From assembly GCA_965237955.1 (NCBI GenBank), contig OZ250169.1:4192001-4256000 (forward strand): a stretch of DNA of 64,000 nucleotides. The letters are read 5' to 3'. Below, piece after piece: positions 23,402 to 34,276 of this stretch; positions within the stretch are counted from its first letter, which is position 1; every line of letters starts with the position of its first letter. The notes below the pieces were generated by a model. It made no database searches, was not told the DNA's origin, and saw nothing but the letters and a program-made list of their open reading frames with translations. This DNA is from Candidatus Marinacidobacterales bacterium. GTDB taxonomy: Bacteria; Acidobacteriota; Vicinamibacteria; Marinacidobacterales; SMYC01. A program made the position numbers and the translations under genes.

Positions 23402-25927
23402 TTACGGCCGAATCCGGATGGTCAGCGTGTTCGAGTTGGGAAGGCCGAGCGACTCACCCAGCAAAACGATGTGGTACGTGCCGGGCGTTTGGAGCTTGAA
23501 GCGCCCCGTGCCGTTCAGGACGACGGTGATTGCGGCCTCGTCTCCCGTACGTAGCGTCTGTAGCGCGGGCTTCGCCGGCGTCGTCGGGTGCGGAACGCGT
23601 CGCCACTCGGTGTCGACGATCTGAAACTGTACGGTCCCGAGGGCAACGTCGAGCTCCGCGGGGGCGTCGATTGCGTTGTCGCCGGTGTTCGCGAACGTGA
23701 CCGTGATTTCGATGCGCTCACCGACTTTGTAGGTGGCCTTGTTCGCCTCGATTCGTACCGATGGGTCCACGACCGCTGGGGGCGAAGGCGGCGGGGGAGG
23801 TGGAGCCGGCGCGGCTTGGAGAGATCTCAACTGTCTGGGTCGGGCGAGCCTGGGCGCGTACGAGGCATCGCCGGGGACACCGCCGAGAACACCGCCGACG
23901 ACACCTCCTTGTCGATACGCGCGCCGGTTGCCGAAAACTCCCCAGTAGCTCACACCGTCCGGCATCGTAACTGGCACTTCGACGAGCACAGGCTCTTCCG
24001 AGCCGGTCACAAAGGTTTTCTCCACGGCTACGAACGACGTATAGGCAGAAACCAGGTCGTGCGCGAGCGCTACCTCGGTGATCTGTTCCTCGAGGCGCGG
24101 TGTCGGTGTGACGATGTTCTCGTTCGATAGATCCTCGATACGGGCGCGTGCCCAAAGCGTTCCGATAGCTTCGCCTTCGAGACGCTCGCCGGGAAGGAGG
24201 ACTTCGACTTCCTGCTCGTACCGCCGGCCACCGAGCTTTCCCCTCAGCCTTAGCTTCCCTTTGCCCGGTTCTTTGTACTTTCCGTGGAGCACGACGGGTT
24301 GCCCGAGAAAGAGATCGGGAATCGTCTTCGGGTACACGTCTTCCACGGGAATGCCGCCCCAATCGATCTCGAGATCGGTGAGGTAAGGATTGCGGATGCG
24401 ATCGTAAAAGCGTGCCACCGACTCGTCTGCTTTGTCTTCCAGCAAAACGTACTCGACGGTACCCCTTCCGAACTCCGCCATCTTGTCGAGAAGATACCGG
24501 TTGACGGAGTTCCCCACGCCGAACGAGAAGAGCCTCGCACCACCCAAATTCGTATTCAGGTAAGCGAGAATTTCGTCCTCGTTTCCGATGTAGCCATCGG
24601 TCATGAACGAGACGATGCGAAGCCTCTCCGGGTCCTTCGGAGGTCGAAGCGCCGCCTCGACTCCTTCGAGCATGATGGTTCCACCGCGGCCGGAAAGCGT
24701 CCCGACGTAGGCGAGACCTTGCTGGATGTTGGCACTCGTCGCCGGTACCGGGCCCGGCTGGAAGCTCTCCGCGCCATTGGAAAAGCGAATGATTTGAAAC
24801 GTGTCGTGCGCGTTCAAATTCTTCAGCGCGTAGCGCATCGCTTCTTTGACTTTCTCGATGGGGAAACCGCTCATCGAGCCCGAGCCGTCCACGACGAAGA
24901 TCATCTCCTTCGGACTTATATCTTTGTCGGGAGGCTCGGTTTCGGGCTGCACGAGCAGCAGGAAGTAGCCGTTGCCGTCGCGGCGGTGGGGGAGCAGCGC
25001 AACACGTGGCGCGTCGCCGTCGATGCTGTAGCGCAGCACGAAGTCCTTGTTCGGGATTACCGCTTCGTTGGCGAGGCGAATGACGGCGCTGGTCTCTCCG
25101 TTCCGTTCGATAGTGACGTCGTGAGAGGGAGCGGCGAGCTCTGTTAAGGTCGCGCCAGCGTCGAGTTGCAAGCTCAAGGAGATGTCGTGGCCGGTTCGCT
25201 GCCCGGGCTCGAGCACCGGAGGCGTGATCCGTGACGCGTCGGGAACATCGGTGGTGTTTGGGGACCACCCGCGCTCACCGCTAGTGGATGGCTCGCCGGG
25301 AATGAACCGGGGACCCACGACCATCGGGAACGAGAACGTGTACGCGCTGTTCTCGTAAGGAACCGTCTCGAAGTAGCGAATCGTGACTTCCACGGAGTTT
25401 CCCGGAAGGATGTTGGCGACCGACTGGGTGAAGATGTTCGGCCGCTCTTGCTCGAGGAGCGCGGTGACGTGTCCAGCGGCCCGGGCTTCCTCATAGATTC
25501 GCTGCGCGTCATCGCGTTTCTTGATGGTCGCTTCGATCGTCCGCTCACCGATCTTGATCTCCATACCGTTCACGGCGGCACGATTCGGAAGCGGGAAGAC
25601 GTACACGGCCTCGATCTTTTTCTTGTATGGATTCCGGAAGATCTGGATGAGCTCGACCTGGGCGATGTTTCCCGTCACCTCGGCGCGGACATCGGTATGC
25701 TCCAGTGGAAATTGAAGCACCGCGCCGTCGGCATCGGTGCCCCGTAGGACACCGCCTTTGACATCGTCCGGGCCGGATGGTGTCGAAGCGACCGGTGTTT
25801 GGGGCGGATTCGTTTGGGGGGACGCGGTGTGAGCCGGCAAAGCCTCCGGGCCGCGCGAAAGAGCGATGACGGTGAGCACACAAGCCGCACTGATGATGAT
25901 GACGAGAGCAATAGCAAGGCGATTCAT
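23402..25927 (-). CDS. VIT plus vWA domain protein with an N-terminal anchor
   Basis: EAVYVFPLP (VIT), VVDGSGSM MIDAS, MTDG and LVSAYTSFVAV motifs. Confidence 0.9.
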   Translation of the reverse strand: MNRLAIALVIIISAACVLTVIALSRGPEALPAHTASPQTNPPQTPVASTPSGPDDVKGGVLRGTDADGAVLQFPLEHTDVRAEVTGNIAQVELIQIFRNPYKKKIEAVYVFPLPNRAAVNGMEIKIGERTIEATIKKRDDAQRIYEEARAAGHVTALLEQERPNIFTQSVANILPGNSVEVTIRYFETVPYENSAYTFSFPMVVGPRFIPGEPSTSGERGWSPNTTDVPDASRITPPVLEPGQRTGHDISLSLQLDAGATLTELAAPSHDVTIERNGETSAVIRLANEAVIPNKDFVLRYSIDGDAPRVALLPHRRDGNGYFLLLVQPETEPPDKDISPKEMIFVVDGSGSMSGFPIEKVKEAMRYALKNLNAHDTFQIIRFSNGAESFQPGPVPATSANIQQGLAYVGTLSGRGGTIMLEGVEAALRPPKDPERLRIVSFMTDGYIGNEDEILAYLNTNLGGARLFSFGVGNSVNRYLLDKMAEFGRGTVEYVLLEDKADESVARFYDRIRNPYLTDLEIDWGGIPVEDVYPKTIPDLFLGQPVVLHGKYKEPGKGKLRLRGKLGGRRYEQEVEVLLPGERLEGEAIGTLWARARIEDLSNENIVTPTPRLEEQITEVALAHDLVSAYTSFVAVEKTFVTGSEEPVLVEVPVTMPDGVSYWGVFGNRRAYRQGGVVGGVLGGVPGDASYAPRLARPRQLRSLQAAPAPPPPPPSPPAVVDPSVRIEANKATYKVGERIEITVTFANTGDNAIDAPAELDVALGTVQFQIVDTEWRRVPHPTTPAKPALQTLRTGDEAAITVVLNGTGRFKLQTPGTYHIVLLGESLGLPNSNTLTIRIRP

Positions 25928-26070
25928 GACAAACCCTCCTGGCAGGGCGGCGAAGCCACTATTAGTATTGGTACCCGCAGGATGACAGATTGTTCCACTC
26001 TGGAGGCTTTTTTTCCAGCAGGACGGCTGCGATAGAATCTGCGACCGTGCCTACGCACCGCGGGCCCTTA

Positions 26071-26381
26071 GTGCCCTTAGCCCGGACCCTCGTCGATGAG
26101 CTCGAGAGACAAAGCGTCTCGCACGTCGTCGACATCTCTCGAGTGCACCGAGCGTTCGAGCAGGCAAACGAGCTGTCGCGACCCGTCGCACTGCTTTTGA
26201 CTCAGGCGTTATGCTGACGAAACAGGAGCTTCTCGAGCCGCTCGCACGCGCGCGGACGAACGAGGTCGTCATCACCAGTATGGGTGTCGTCCGGCCATGG
26301 GGTCGATTGTCCGACAGCGACCTCGACTTCGCGTCCGCCGACAGCGCGATGGGACACACCGCCGATCAGCGCAAATCCTGA
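26071..26381 (+). pseudogene. Collapsed sulfopyruvate/phosphonopyruvate decarboxylase-like alpha (26071-26217) and beta (26211-26381) remnants
   Basis: LVDELERQSVSHVV joined to AFEQANELSRPVALLL, then MLTKQELLEPL...VITSMG...SAMGH truncated. Confidence 0.6.
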
Positions 26382-26405
26382 AGAGTAATTCTATAATGGA
26401 GTTTC

Positions 26406-27323
26406 ATGAACTCGAATGACCTCATGTCCGGCGTACTGGCGCCGGTCGTCACTCCGTTCACATCCGACCTCACGCCCGACGCGGAACGGCTTCTTAAGCA
26501 CTGTCGTTGGCTTCAGGATCAAAACTGCGGTCTGGCGGTCTTCGGAACCAACAGCGAGGCCAACTCGCTGTCGGTCGGCGAACGTACCCAACTTTTGGAC
26601 ATGCTGATCGAACAGGGCCTGGATCCGAAGCGGATGATGCCGGGAACCGGATGCTGCTCCATCGTGGACTCGGTGACGCTCACGAAACACGCTCTCGCGC
26701 ACGGTGTCGGCGGTGTTCTGATGCTGCCGCCGTTCTACTACAAGGGCGTGAGCGACGAGGGGCTCTACCGGACGTTCGCGGAGATCATCGAGCGCGTCGG
26801 TGACGATCGCCTGCGCATTTATCTGTATCACTTCCCGCAAATGTCCCAGGTCCCTCTCGGTATCGAGCTCGTCGGTCGGCTACGCGAATCGTTTCCCCGA
26901 ATCGTCGTCGGCATGAAGGATAGCTCAGGCGATCGTGACAACCTGAACGCAGTGCTTTCGGCTTTTCCCGGATTCGGTTACTTCGCCGGCAACGAGACGC
27001 TGCTGTTGGCGAACATGCGCGCCGGCGGCGTCGGATGCATCTCGGCGACGGCCAACGTCAACCCGAAGGCGATCGATCATCTTTTCCAGAACTGGCAAAC
27101 CGACGATGCCGACTCGGCGCAATCGTCTTTGAACGACGTGCGGGGGGCGGTGCAGCAGTTTCCGCTCGTTCCCGCGCTCAAGAAAATCATCTCTCATTAC
27201 GCGGGCGACCCGGAGTGGAACCGGCTGCGCCCGCCTCTGGTAGAGTTGGTCGAGGCGGACGGCGACAAACTCATTGCCGACCTGCAGGCGGTCGACTTCG
27301 ACATGCCTGGCCTCGGGAGCTGA
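26406..27323 (+). CDS. Dihydrodipicolinate synthase family aldolase
   Basis: FGTNSEA, LPPFYYK, LYHFP and GMKDSSG (Schiff-base Lys). Confidence 0.9.
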   Translation: MNSNDLMSGVLAPVVTPFTSDLTPDAERLLKHCRWLQDQNCGLAVFGTNSEANSLSVGERTQLLDMLIEQGLDPKRMMPGTGCCSIVDSVTLTKHALAHGVGGVLMLPPFYYKGVSDEGLYRTFAEIIERVGDDRLRIYLYHFPQMSQVPLGIELVGRLRESFPRIVVGMKDSSGDRDNLNAVLSAFPGFGYFAGNETLLLANMRAGGVGCISATANVNPKAIDHLFQNWQTDDADSAQSSLNDVRGAVQQFPLVPALKKIISHYAGDPEWNRLRPPLVELVEADGDKLIADLQAVDFDMPGLGS

Positions 27324-27329
27324 TGAGTG

Positions 27330-27975
27330 CTACTGCACGTATCCGAGCGCCCTCAAGCTGTCGAGCACCTCTTCGTCCAGCGCTTCGAGCGGCATCGCCG
27401 TCTGTCCGATAGTGCTTCCACGGATCGCTCGGCGCAGCGCTTCCAGGACATCGACGTCCACAGACGAAGGATGAAAAGGCGTTGCCTCGCGCGGATCCTC
27501 GACGAGGTCATAGACTTCCTCGCGAACGAGCCGGCCGTCGCGGACGGTGCTGCGGAGCAATTTGAAGCGCGGACCGATCGAAGCTCTCAATTCCACTTTG
27601 TAGCGATCGAGGACACCGGTTCGTGAAACACGCCGGGGAAACAGGCCGAGCGAGATCCTCGGATACTCGCGCGTTGCCGATACCGTCCGCTCGGCGGGTA
27701 ATTCGGCTGCGAGATCGACACCCTGCGCGCCCGGCCGAGGCCGAAGGCCAGCCGCGCGGAGGGCGGTGGTGTGAACATCGGTGATATGCACCAGCGCTTC
27801 TTCGCGCGCCCCTTCGCGGAATCCGGGCCCTCGAACGAGACACACGATCCGCAAGTTCGTGTCGTACAGGTTGAAGATATGGGTGGCGTGGCCGTGATCG
27901 CCAAGGTTTTCGCCATGATCGGAGACGATGAACATAATCGTGTTCTCCGGATCGCTGACGGCGTCGACCGCATCG
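27330..27975 (-). pseudogene. C-terminal fragment of a sulfatase
   Basis: IVSDHGENLGDHG, YDLVEDPRE and LRALGYV motifs; no N-terminus. Confidence 0.8.
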
Positions 27976-28015
27976 ACGATGTTACCCGCGACTTCACGCC
28001 GCGCGTTTCGACTAC

Positions 28016-28650
28016 GTGTTCGTGCCGACGGCAATCCTTTGCGTCGTGGCGCTGGTCGTCCTCGCCCGAGGCGACCGGCGCGATCGGCTCGCACTCGGTT
28101 CGGGGCTTCTTTTTGTCATGATGACGCTCGTGATCACCGTGTTCTATACATGGGAGTATCGAGGCTTGCGTGCCATTTTGTTCACGGTCCCGTTTTTGGC
28201 GGTGAGCGTTGCCCCCTTGGTGTCGTCCGGGGTTTCGCGTGTTCGAAGCAAGCTCCCAGCGGTGGCGGTGATCGTCTGCCTGCTGTTTTTTGGGTATTGG
28301 GGCAGTGGGCGCTTGGCGAAAAGGCTCACCGCCACCGACGGCGCGCGCGCCGTCGAGGTCATGGAAAGCCTGAATCTCGACAAAGGTAGCGTTGTTATAG
28401 CGCCGGTCTCCCTCGCACTGGACTTTGTGCTGCGCAACTACCCGCTCCGGTGGGTCGTACATACCTGCCAACGCGAAAACACTAGAGCTCGTTGACGAGG
28501 TCCATGACGTGCGTACCGTCATCGTGCGTGTAGACGAGCTGGGACGTCGTTTGTCGGAAGAAGACATTCAGAGCATCGGACTCGTGCGGGTACGCGAGTT
28601 CGAGCACAGCGTCTTCAAAAACAGCGCGACCTTCGTCGTGTTCGAGAGAG
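28016..28650 (+). pseudogene. Fragment of a membrane protein with a frameshift
   Basis: Hydrophobic helices, no credible start, frame change near 28465. Confidence 0.5.
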
Positions 28651-28651
28651 C

Positions 28652-28975
28652 TCATCGATCTGTAGAGGCCGTAGAGGCCGTAGTGCCCGTAGTAGACGTC
28701 GAGCGGTAGAGCGTCGCGCCGTCGTTACGGAATACTTCTTCGAGAATCTCTGCGACCGGCGCACGGAGGGGGTTGGTCGCGGGAGCGTAAACCCACGTCG
28801 CTCCGTACTTGCTCAAAATCGAACGTGCAAGCGAAGGGTCCTCGGTTTTGAAGAATGTCGTGATGTCGGCGGCGCGCCGTTGTACCTCTTCGGCGGGGGC
28901 GAAGCTGAACGGATAGCCCTGCCAATAGGTCAACACCGTGGCTCGCCCCGCGAGGTGGCTGGCCGGTGACGGCGT
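28652..28975 (-). pseudogene. C-terminal fragment of a membrane glycosyltransferase-like protein
   Basis: LAGRATVL...ILSKYGATWVY...VFRNDGATLYR. Confidence 0.45.
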
Positions 28976-29194
28976 CTCGCGGTTGACGGGGTGTATCACC
29001 ACGCCTTCGACTCGGCGCGCGTCTACCGAATCCCTTTGTCGAAGGGGAGCTGACGCTTTGGTTTCATCTCGCGTGCGGCGCGTACAAGCGCCCCGAGGCG
29101 TATCTCGAGGCAGCGCGGGATACGATGGAGACGATTGAGAACGCCGCGTGGCTCGAGAGAGAAGCGAAGCGAAGCGAAGTTTGGAGTACGAGCG

Positions 29195-29464
29195 CCTCCC
29201 ACGTCTCAACGGCGCCGACCGCGCCCCCACGGGCCGGGCGCGCTGTCGAAGCTGCCGCGATCTGATCGAAAAAGGTTCCTGGCGTATCTCCGTCGTCTAC
29301 TACGACGAGGGTGGAGGGTCGAGCCCTCGGGATACATCCACCCGAAGTGTGCGAAGAACTACTTCGGGACAACTGATATTGTCGATCGACTACGGCATTT
29401 CTCCCCTGGGCTCGAAGCGAGCGACGTCGATGAGATTCGGGCCGAGTTGCAAGACACCGCCTAG
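29195..29464 (+). pseudogene. PARP-type zinc finger protein, frameshifted
   Basis: APTGRARCRSCRDLIEKGSWRI, then YIHPKC in another frame. Confidence 0.7.
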
Positions 29465-29594
29465 CCGGTCTTCTCGACGTCGACCCACAAGTCGTGGAGT
29501 CTTCCACCGCCTCCGAGATCCGTGAGTTGAACGGACGACAGTCTATAACGACGGAGGTGAACGATACTCCCGGCTGATGGCCGATGGCTGATGG

Positions 29595-30446
29595 CTACTC
29601 CAAGTCACGTTCCAACCACCACTTCATCGTCTTCGTCACGAGGTCGCTCGCGTCCTGCTGGACGAAGTGTCCTGCGCCAGGAACGGTGACGAGGGTGAGA
29701 TCTTTCTCGAGCCACTCCCAGGTATCGTTGAGCCCGCCAGGCAGGAGCGCCTGGTCATCGAGCCCGTGGAACATCAACACCGGCATCGTCGCCTTGGGAA
29801 GCGCGGGTCCGGTGGGCGCCGGGTCTCCTGGCTTCGCGCGCGGGTAGTTCGCTTTGTAGTAGTTCAGCATCGCGGTGAAATCCGACCGCTCGAACGCCTC
29901 GCCGTAGCGCTCGCGCGCCGCCGGATCCTTGACCCAGCCGGCAAGTGTTTGGGGTGTCATCGGACGCCCGAAGAAGACGTCCGGTGCTTCCGGACCCTTC
30001 TCCTGAAACGTGCGCGCATACGAGCTGTTCTCGTACTGCTGGGGGTTGGTGCGAAGCTCCCGAGCGAGACCGTTGGGGTGCCGCCCCAATCATGGCCCAC
30101 GATGATCGCGCTGTCTTCGCCGTGGTGACGTATCACCGCGGCGACGTCCGCGACGAGAAGCGGCATGCGGTATTGCTCCACGCCTTTTGGCTTGTCGCTA
30201 CGGTTGTAGCCACGCAAGTCGAGCGCGACGACTTTGAAATCGCCCGAAAGTGCGTCCATCTGATCGCGCCACGTGTACCAGAAATCGGGAAATCCGTGGA
30301 TCATCACTACTAGCGGTCCCTCGCCGAGGCTCGCGTAGTGGATCTTCACGCCGTCGCTGTCGGCGTGGCCCTGCTCGACGCGATCGTAAAGGTCGTTTAC
30401 TCGGCATCGCGCTAAGAACCAACGTCATCCAGAGTTGAATCATCAC
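29595..30446 (-). pseudogene. Alpha/beta (epoxide hydrolase-like) hydrolase, disrupted
   Basis: [16 protein letters not shown] and GHDWGG, then a deletion/frameshift; GHFVQQ near the C-terminus. Confidence 0.85.
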
Positions 30447-30885
30447 TTAGCTCGTTATCTGTTATGGTCACGGCGCCGTCGGCGTCGATCGCGAACGTTT
30501 GCCCCGAGCGCAACCGATCGAAATCCTCGCCCGACGCTGCGAGAATTGGGATCGGCTTTTGGTACATCTCGTCGGCGACGATCGACGCAAGAGACAGAAA
30601 CGCATCGCGGCCGCGGCTCACGATGGCGGCGGGAGCGGTTCCGACGCGCACTGCTTCGAGAAGGATGGCCGACGTCGTGCTCGAGCCTTTGGTGAACGGA
30701 ACCACGAGAACTCTGCCTGCCGCGATCTGGCCCGAGAGAGGGTGCCGACGATCGACGATCTCGCCCGTCGCCGCATCGTAGCCTCCCCAAAAGCTCAAAG
30801 GTTGGGAGCTTTTGAGGATCTCTCCCGAAGCTTTCCCAGGGACGACGATGTCGGCGTGGAACCGGTAGCTCATGGGGGCCATCAT
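30412..30885 (-). CDS. DUF126 / aconitase X swivel subunit
   Basis: PLSFWGGYD...HPLSG...KGSST motifs. Confidence 0.85.
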   Translation of the reverse strand: MMAPMSYRFHADIVVPGKASGEILKSSQPLSFWGGYDAATGEIVDRRHPLSGQIAAGRVLVVPFTKGSSTTSAILLEAVRVGTAPAAIVSRGRDAFLSLASIVADEMYQKPIPILAASGEDFDRLRSGQTFAIDADGAVTITDNELSDDSTLDDVGS

Positions 30886-31072
30886 TCCATCCGCGTGACC
30901 ACGGTGTCCACAGTGATAGGATCGCGGCGTGCTCGTGACCGAGAGCGACGAACGCCTACGAGTCCGAGGTCGAGAGCGACTTCTTGCTTCCGGCGAGTGT
31001 CGTCGGGGGTTCCGATCTGCACGTTGAGATCCGCGCCGTTCGTCCGGGCTTCAGCGCGCTTCACTATGAGTT

Positions 31073-32098
31073 GTGGGGGTTAAGATGATCGATCCTAGCA
31101 AGCTGGACGCCGCAGAGTTCCCGCTTCCTCAAACCGCCGAGCGCGTGCGACCGTCTTCTTCTCTGATTCGCGTCGACGTCGCCGCGCAGTCGGACAAAGG
31201 CAAAAAGCGCAACACCAACCAGGATCACTTTCTCGTGGCACGGGCCGGAAGGCATCTCGACACGCTGTTGTCGAATCTGCCGGAAGGTGAGCTTCCGGCG
31301 CGTTTCGACGAGACCGGTTACATCGCGATCGTGGCCGATGGAATGGGCGGAGCCGCGGGCGGTGAAGTCGCGAGCCGCCTCGCGATCACCACTCTCATCA
31401 ACATTGTGTTGCACGTTCCCGATTGGATCCTGCGACTGGACGAAGAGCACGCGCAAAAAGTCATGCGGCGTGCGGCAACCTACTACCGAGAGGTCAACGA
31501 GAAACTGGTCAAGGAGGCGCGTCTCAAGCCAGAGCTTCGCGGGATGGGGACGACGATGACAGGCGCGTACAGTCTCGGCGACGATCTGTTCGTCGTGCAC
31601 GTCGGTGATTCACGGGCGTATTTGTACCGAGACGGTATTCTGCGGCGCCTCACCAGGGATCACACTCACGCCTAAATGCTCGCGGACGCGGGCATCATTC
31701 GTCCCGAGGCCGTCGTCACGCATCGTCTGCGTCATGTTCTCACCAACGCTCTCGGAGGCGAGGAATCGGAAGGCAACGCCGAGATCCATCGAATGCGTTT
31801 GTTCGATGGTGATCGCATTCTGCTTTGTAGCGACGGCTTACACGACATGGTCGAAGACGAAGAAATCGCGGAGATCTTGAAGCGTGAGCGGGCGTCGAAT
31901 CCTGCGTGCGAGGCCCTGGTGAAGAGCGCTCTCGACAACGGCGGTAAGGATAACGTGACGGTCGTCGTCGCCGGGCCGAATTCCGGAAGTGAGCTAGGGA
32001 AAAAGATCAACGCCAAGGCGCCAAGACGCCAAGACGCGAAGAGAACTGATGTCAGTCCTTTGCGTCCTTGCGCCTTTGCGTTTTTTTCTTCTTTTTAG
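31073..32098 (+). pseudogene. PP2C Ser/Thr phosphatase with an in-frame TAA at 31673-31675
   Basis: NQD, VADGMGG, MGTT and HVGDSRAY before the stop; LLCSDGL and GGKDNVT after it, in the same frame. Confidence 0.9.
32011..32097. repeat. REP-like imperfect hairpin with CGCCAAG repeats and a T-tail
   Basis: CGCCAAG x3 followed by CTTTGCG/CTTGCG x3. Confidence 0.55.
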
Positions 32099-32334
32099 GC
32101 GTCCCAGGGGGACGGGCTTCGGACGACTTTTCCCGCTACCGCGGACTCGATGCAGTCCTCGAGGCTTCCGTATGCCACGTGCACGTCGAGTAGCCCGGGG
32201 AATACAAGGCGTAGTTGCCGGAGGTGGTCATCAGCGACTGATTGTGATCATTCTCGATCCCGGATGAACATCTAGTATGGAAACGGGCCATCTTACTGCA
32301 CTTCCCGAACAAGCTGGCCCTGCGGTCCCAAGCG

Positions 32335-33777
32335 CTAAGGGAGGCCGTCCTCAAGTTCCGGAACGTTCTTGGGTGTCACCTCCTGCTCCCACTCTTTGTG
32401 AATTCGATCCAGCCGTTCGACGATGTCGGGCCGCTCACGTGCGTGGTTCCTGCGTTCAGGCTGCTCGTCGGCCAGATTCGCTAGGTGAACGGCGTCCAGC
32501 ACCTTATAGCGGAGCGCGTATCTGTCGTCCACGAGGAGCTTCCAGTTGGCCTCGCGGACCATCCACGACTGCTCCCATTGCCAGTGCATCACGGAGTACA
32601 GGCTCGAAGCCGTTTGATCCTCAACCATAGGCAGGACACTGTGGCCGTCCAACTCGACGCCGGCGGGAACCTTCACGCCACAGAGTTCGAGAACCGTTGG
32701 ATACCAGTCCATGACCGTGACAGCCTGGTCGCGGACAATCCCATTCGGAAGCTTCCCAGGATAGCTCAGAATACCAGGAACGCGGATGCCTCCTTCGAGG
32801 AAGCTGCCCTTCGCGCCGATCCACGGCCCGGTGTTGCCGCCACCGCCATTGGCGCCGTAGTCGTGGCCGCGTGGGTACCCGCTCAGGTGGCCGTCGACAG
32901 TGATCTGGAGATCCTCGTCTGAGTGTCCATTGTCACTCATAAAAACGATGATCGTGTCCTTCAGAAGTTCCAGTGCCTCAAGCTGCGTCAGAACGCGGCC
33001 TATGTAGTCATCGGTCGTCGAAATCATCGCCGCGTACGACCTCCGAGGCTCAGGTAGATGCTTGTATCGTTCGCCGTGGCGAGCCAGAGACTGCTCGGGA
33101 TAGTGCGGGATGTTGAGCGCAAAATAGAGAAAAAATGGAACGTCCTGGTTCCTCTCGATGAATGAAAGCGCGCGTTCGCTCATCAGGTCGGGGAAATAGT
33201 GGTCACGATGAAACACTTCTTCGGTTCCTTCGTAGAGATCGTGAAAACCGGCGCCGTGCAGCTGATAGTGGATATAGTTGTCGATGAATCCGTCACGGAT
33301 GCCGAAGAACTCATCGAAGCCCTGTCTGGTCGGCCCGTGATCTGGATGCGCGCCCAAATGCCACTTTCCGAAAAGCCCCGTACGGTAACCAGCCGCCTGA
33401 AGGACCTCAGCGATAGTGACCTCGCTCAGGAACATATTTCGACTCTTTTGACCGTACGTCCTTCCCTGTGTCCACGAGTTCACATTCGATCGCTGCGGAT
33501 GCCGGCCCGTCATGAGCATGGCCCGGGCGGGACAACAGACCGTATGTGCGTAGGCTTGGGTGAAACGCACACCGCTGACTGCGATTTTGTCGATAGCCGG
33601 CGTATGCAGGTCCGTCGACCCGAAGCAGTGGGCGTCGAGTGTGCCCTGGTCGTCGGTCAGGATAAAAACAACGTTGGGACGTCTGACGCTCTTGGCGACA
33701 GAACTGCGGCTGAAGGCTGCAAGGCCGAGAACAACCGTGCCCGCGGTTTCCAGAAAATCTCGCCTGTTCCTGTTCAT
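32335..33777 (-). CDS. Tat-exported formylglycine-dependent sulfatase
   Basis: NRRDFL Tat motif, TDDQG, CCPARA (CxPxR), GKWHLG and SDNG. Confidence 0.93.
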   Translation of the reverse strand: MNRNRRDFLETAGTVVLGLAAFSRSSVAKSVRRPNVVFILTDDQGTLDAHCFGSTDLHTPAIDKIAVSGVRFTQAYAHTVCCPARAMLMTGRHPQRSNVNSWTQGRTYGQKSRNMFLSEVTIAEVLQAAGYRTGLFGKWHLGAHPDHGPTRQGFDEFFGIRDGFIDNYIHYQLHGAGFHDLYEGTEEVFHRDHYFPDLMSERALSFIERNQDVPFFLYFALNIPHYPEQSLARHGERYKHLPEPRRSYAAMISTTDDYIGRVLTQLEALELLKDTIIVFMSDNGHSDEDLQITVDGHLSGYPRGHDYGANGGGGNTGPWIGAKGSFLEGGIRVPGILSYPGKLPNGIVRDQAVTVMDWYPTVLELCGVKVPAGVELDGHSVLPMVEDQTASSLYSVMHWQWEQSWMVREANWKLLVDDRYALRYKVLDAVHLANLADEQPERRNHARERPDIVERLDRIHKEWEQEVTPKNVPELEDGLP

Positions 33778-33839
33778 GTTCCGCTCCCTCATGAATCGCC
33801 TTATTGCCCTGACGGTCCCTCTGCCGGTGAGCTTCTCAG

Positions 33840-34020
33840 GTGTAGGAATTTCAAACGCCCTCTTGCGGCGGCTGATACGTATAATGGGTTGCTGCGAGGG
33901 AAGGTGCAAACCGGGTTGGGACGGGTGGGGCACGGGAACGGCGCCCGGTGCGGCGTAAGTGATCGTGGATGCGGTCGATCGCCTTGGGCGCTGTGATGAG
34001 GGCGACGATGCGCATTGTTT
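33840..34020 (-). mobile_element. IS91 family 3' remnant
   Basis: MRIVALITAPKAIDRIHDHL...RAP, then an end reading TTGAAATTCCTAC. Confidence 0.6.
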
Positions 34021-34276
34021 GGGGAGATACTCATCTGGGGCGCGGAACTCCAGCAGTCGCCGAACCCATCTGACGTTCCGGGGCGGCTCTGAGCCCCTCG
34101 ATGTCGGCCGCGCCGGGAGCCTCGGACATCAACGAGAACGTCATCCGTCGGGCGCGGGTTCCGTTTGACACGGTTCATCGGCACGTGTATGTATTTCAAA
34201 AATCCGTTACGCACGAGGATTCTGTGGCGGGAGGGAAGGGCGGCGCTGCCCGATCTTGTTGCCACCGGGGGCTCTC

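Noticed and set aside
23718-25268. 516-aa alternative-frame ORF inside the VIT-vWA gene
   Set aside because: Arg-rich off-frame product typical of high-GC DNA.
29160-29180. GAAGC x3-4 microrepeat as a phase-variation tract
   Set aside because: Short, and within degenerate intergenic repeat-like DNA rather than a clear coding frame.
31673-31675. Stop-codon reassignment to explain in-frame TAA codons
   Set aside because: TAA terminates apparently intact genes here (for example at 35983 and 54923), so nonsense mutation is simpler.
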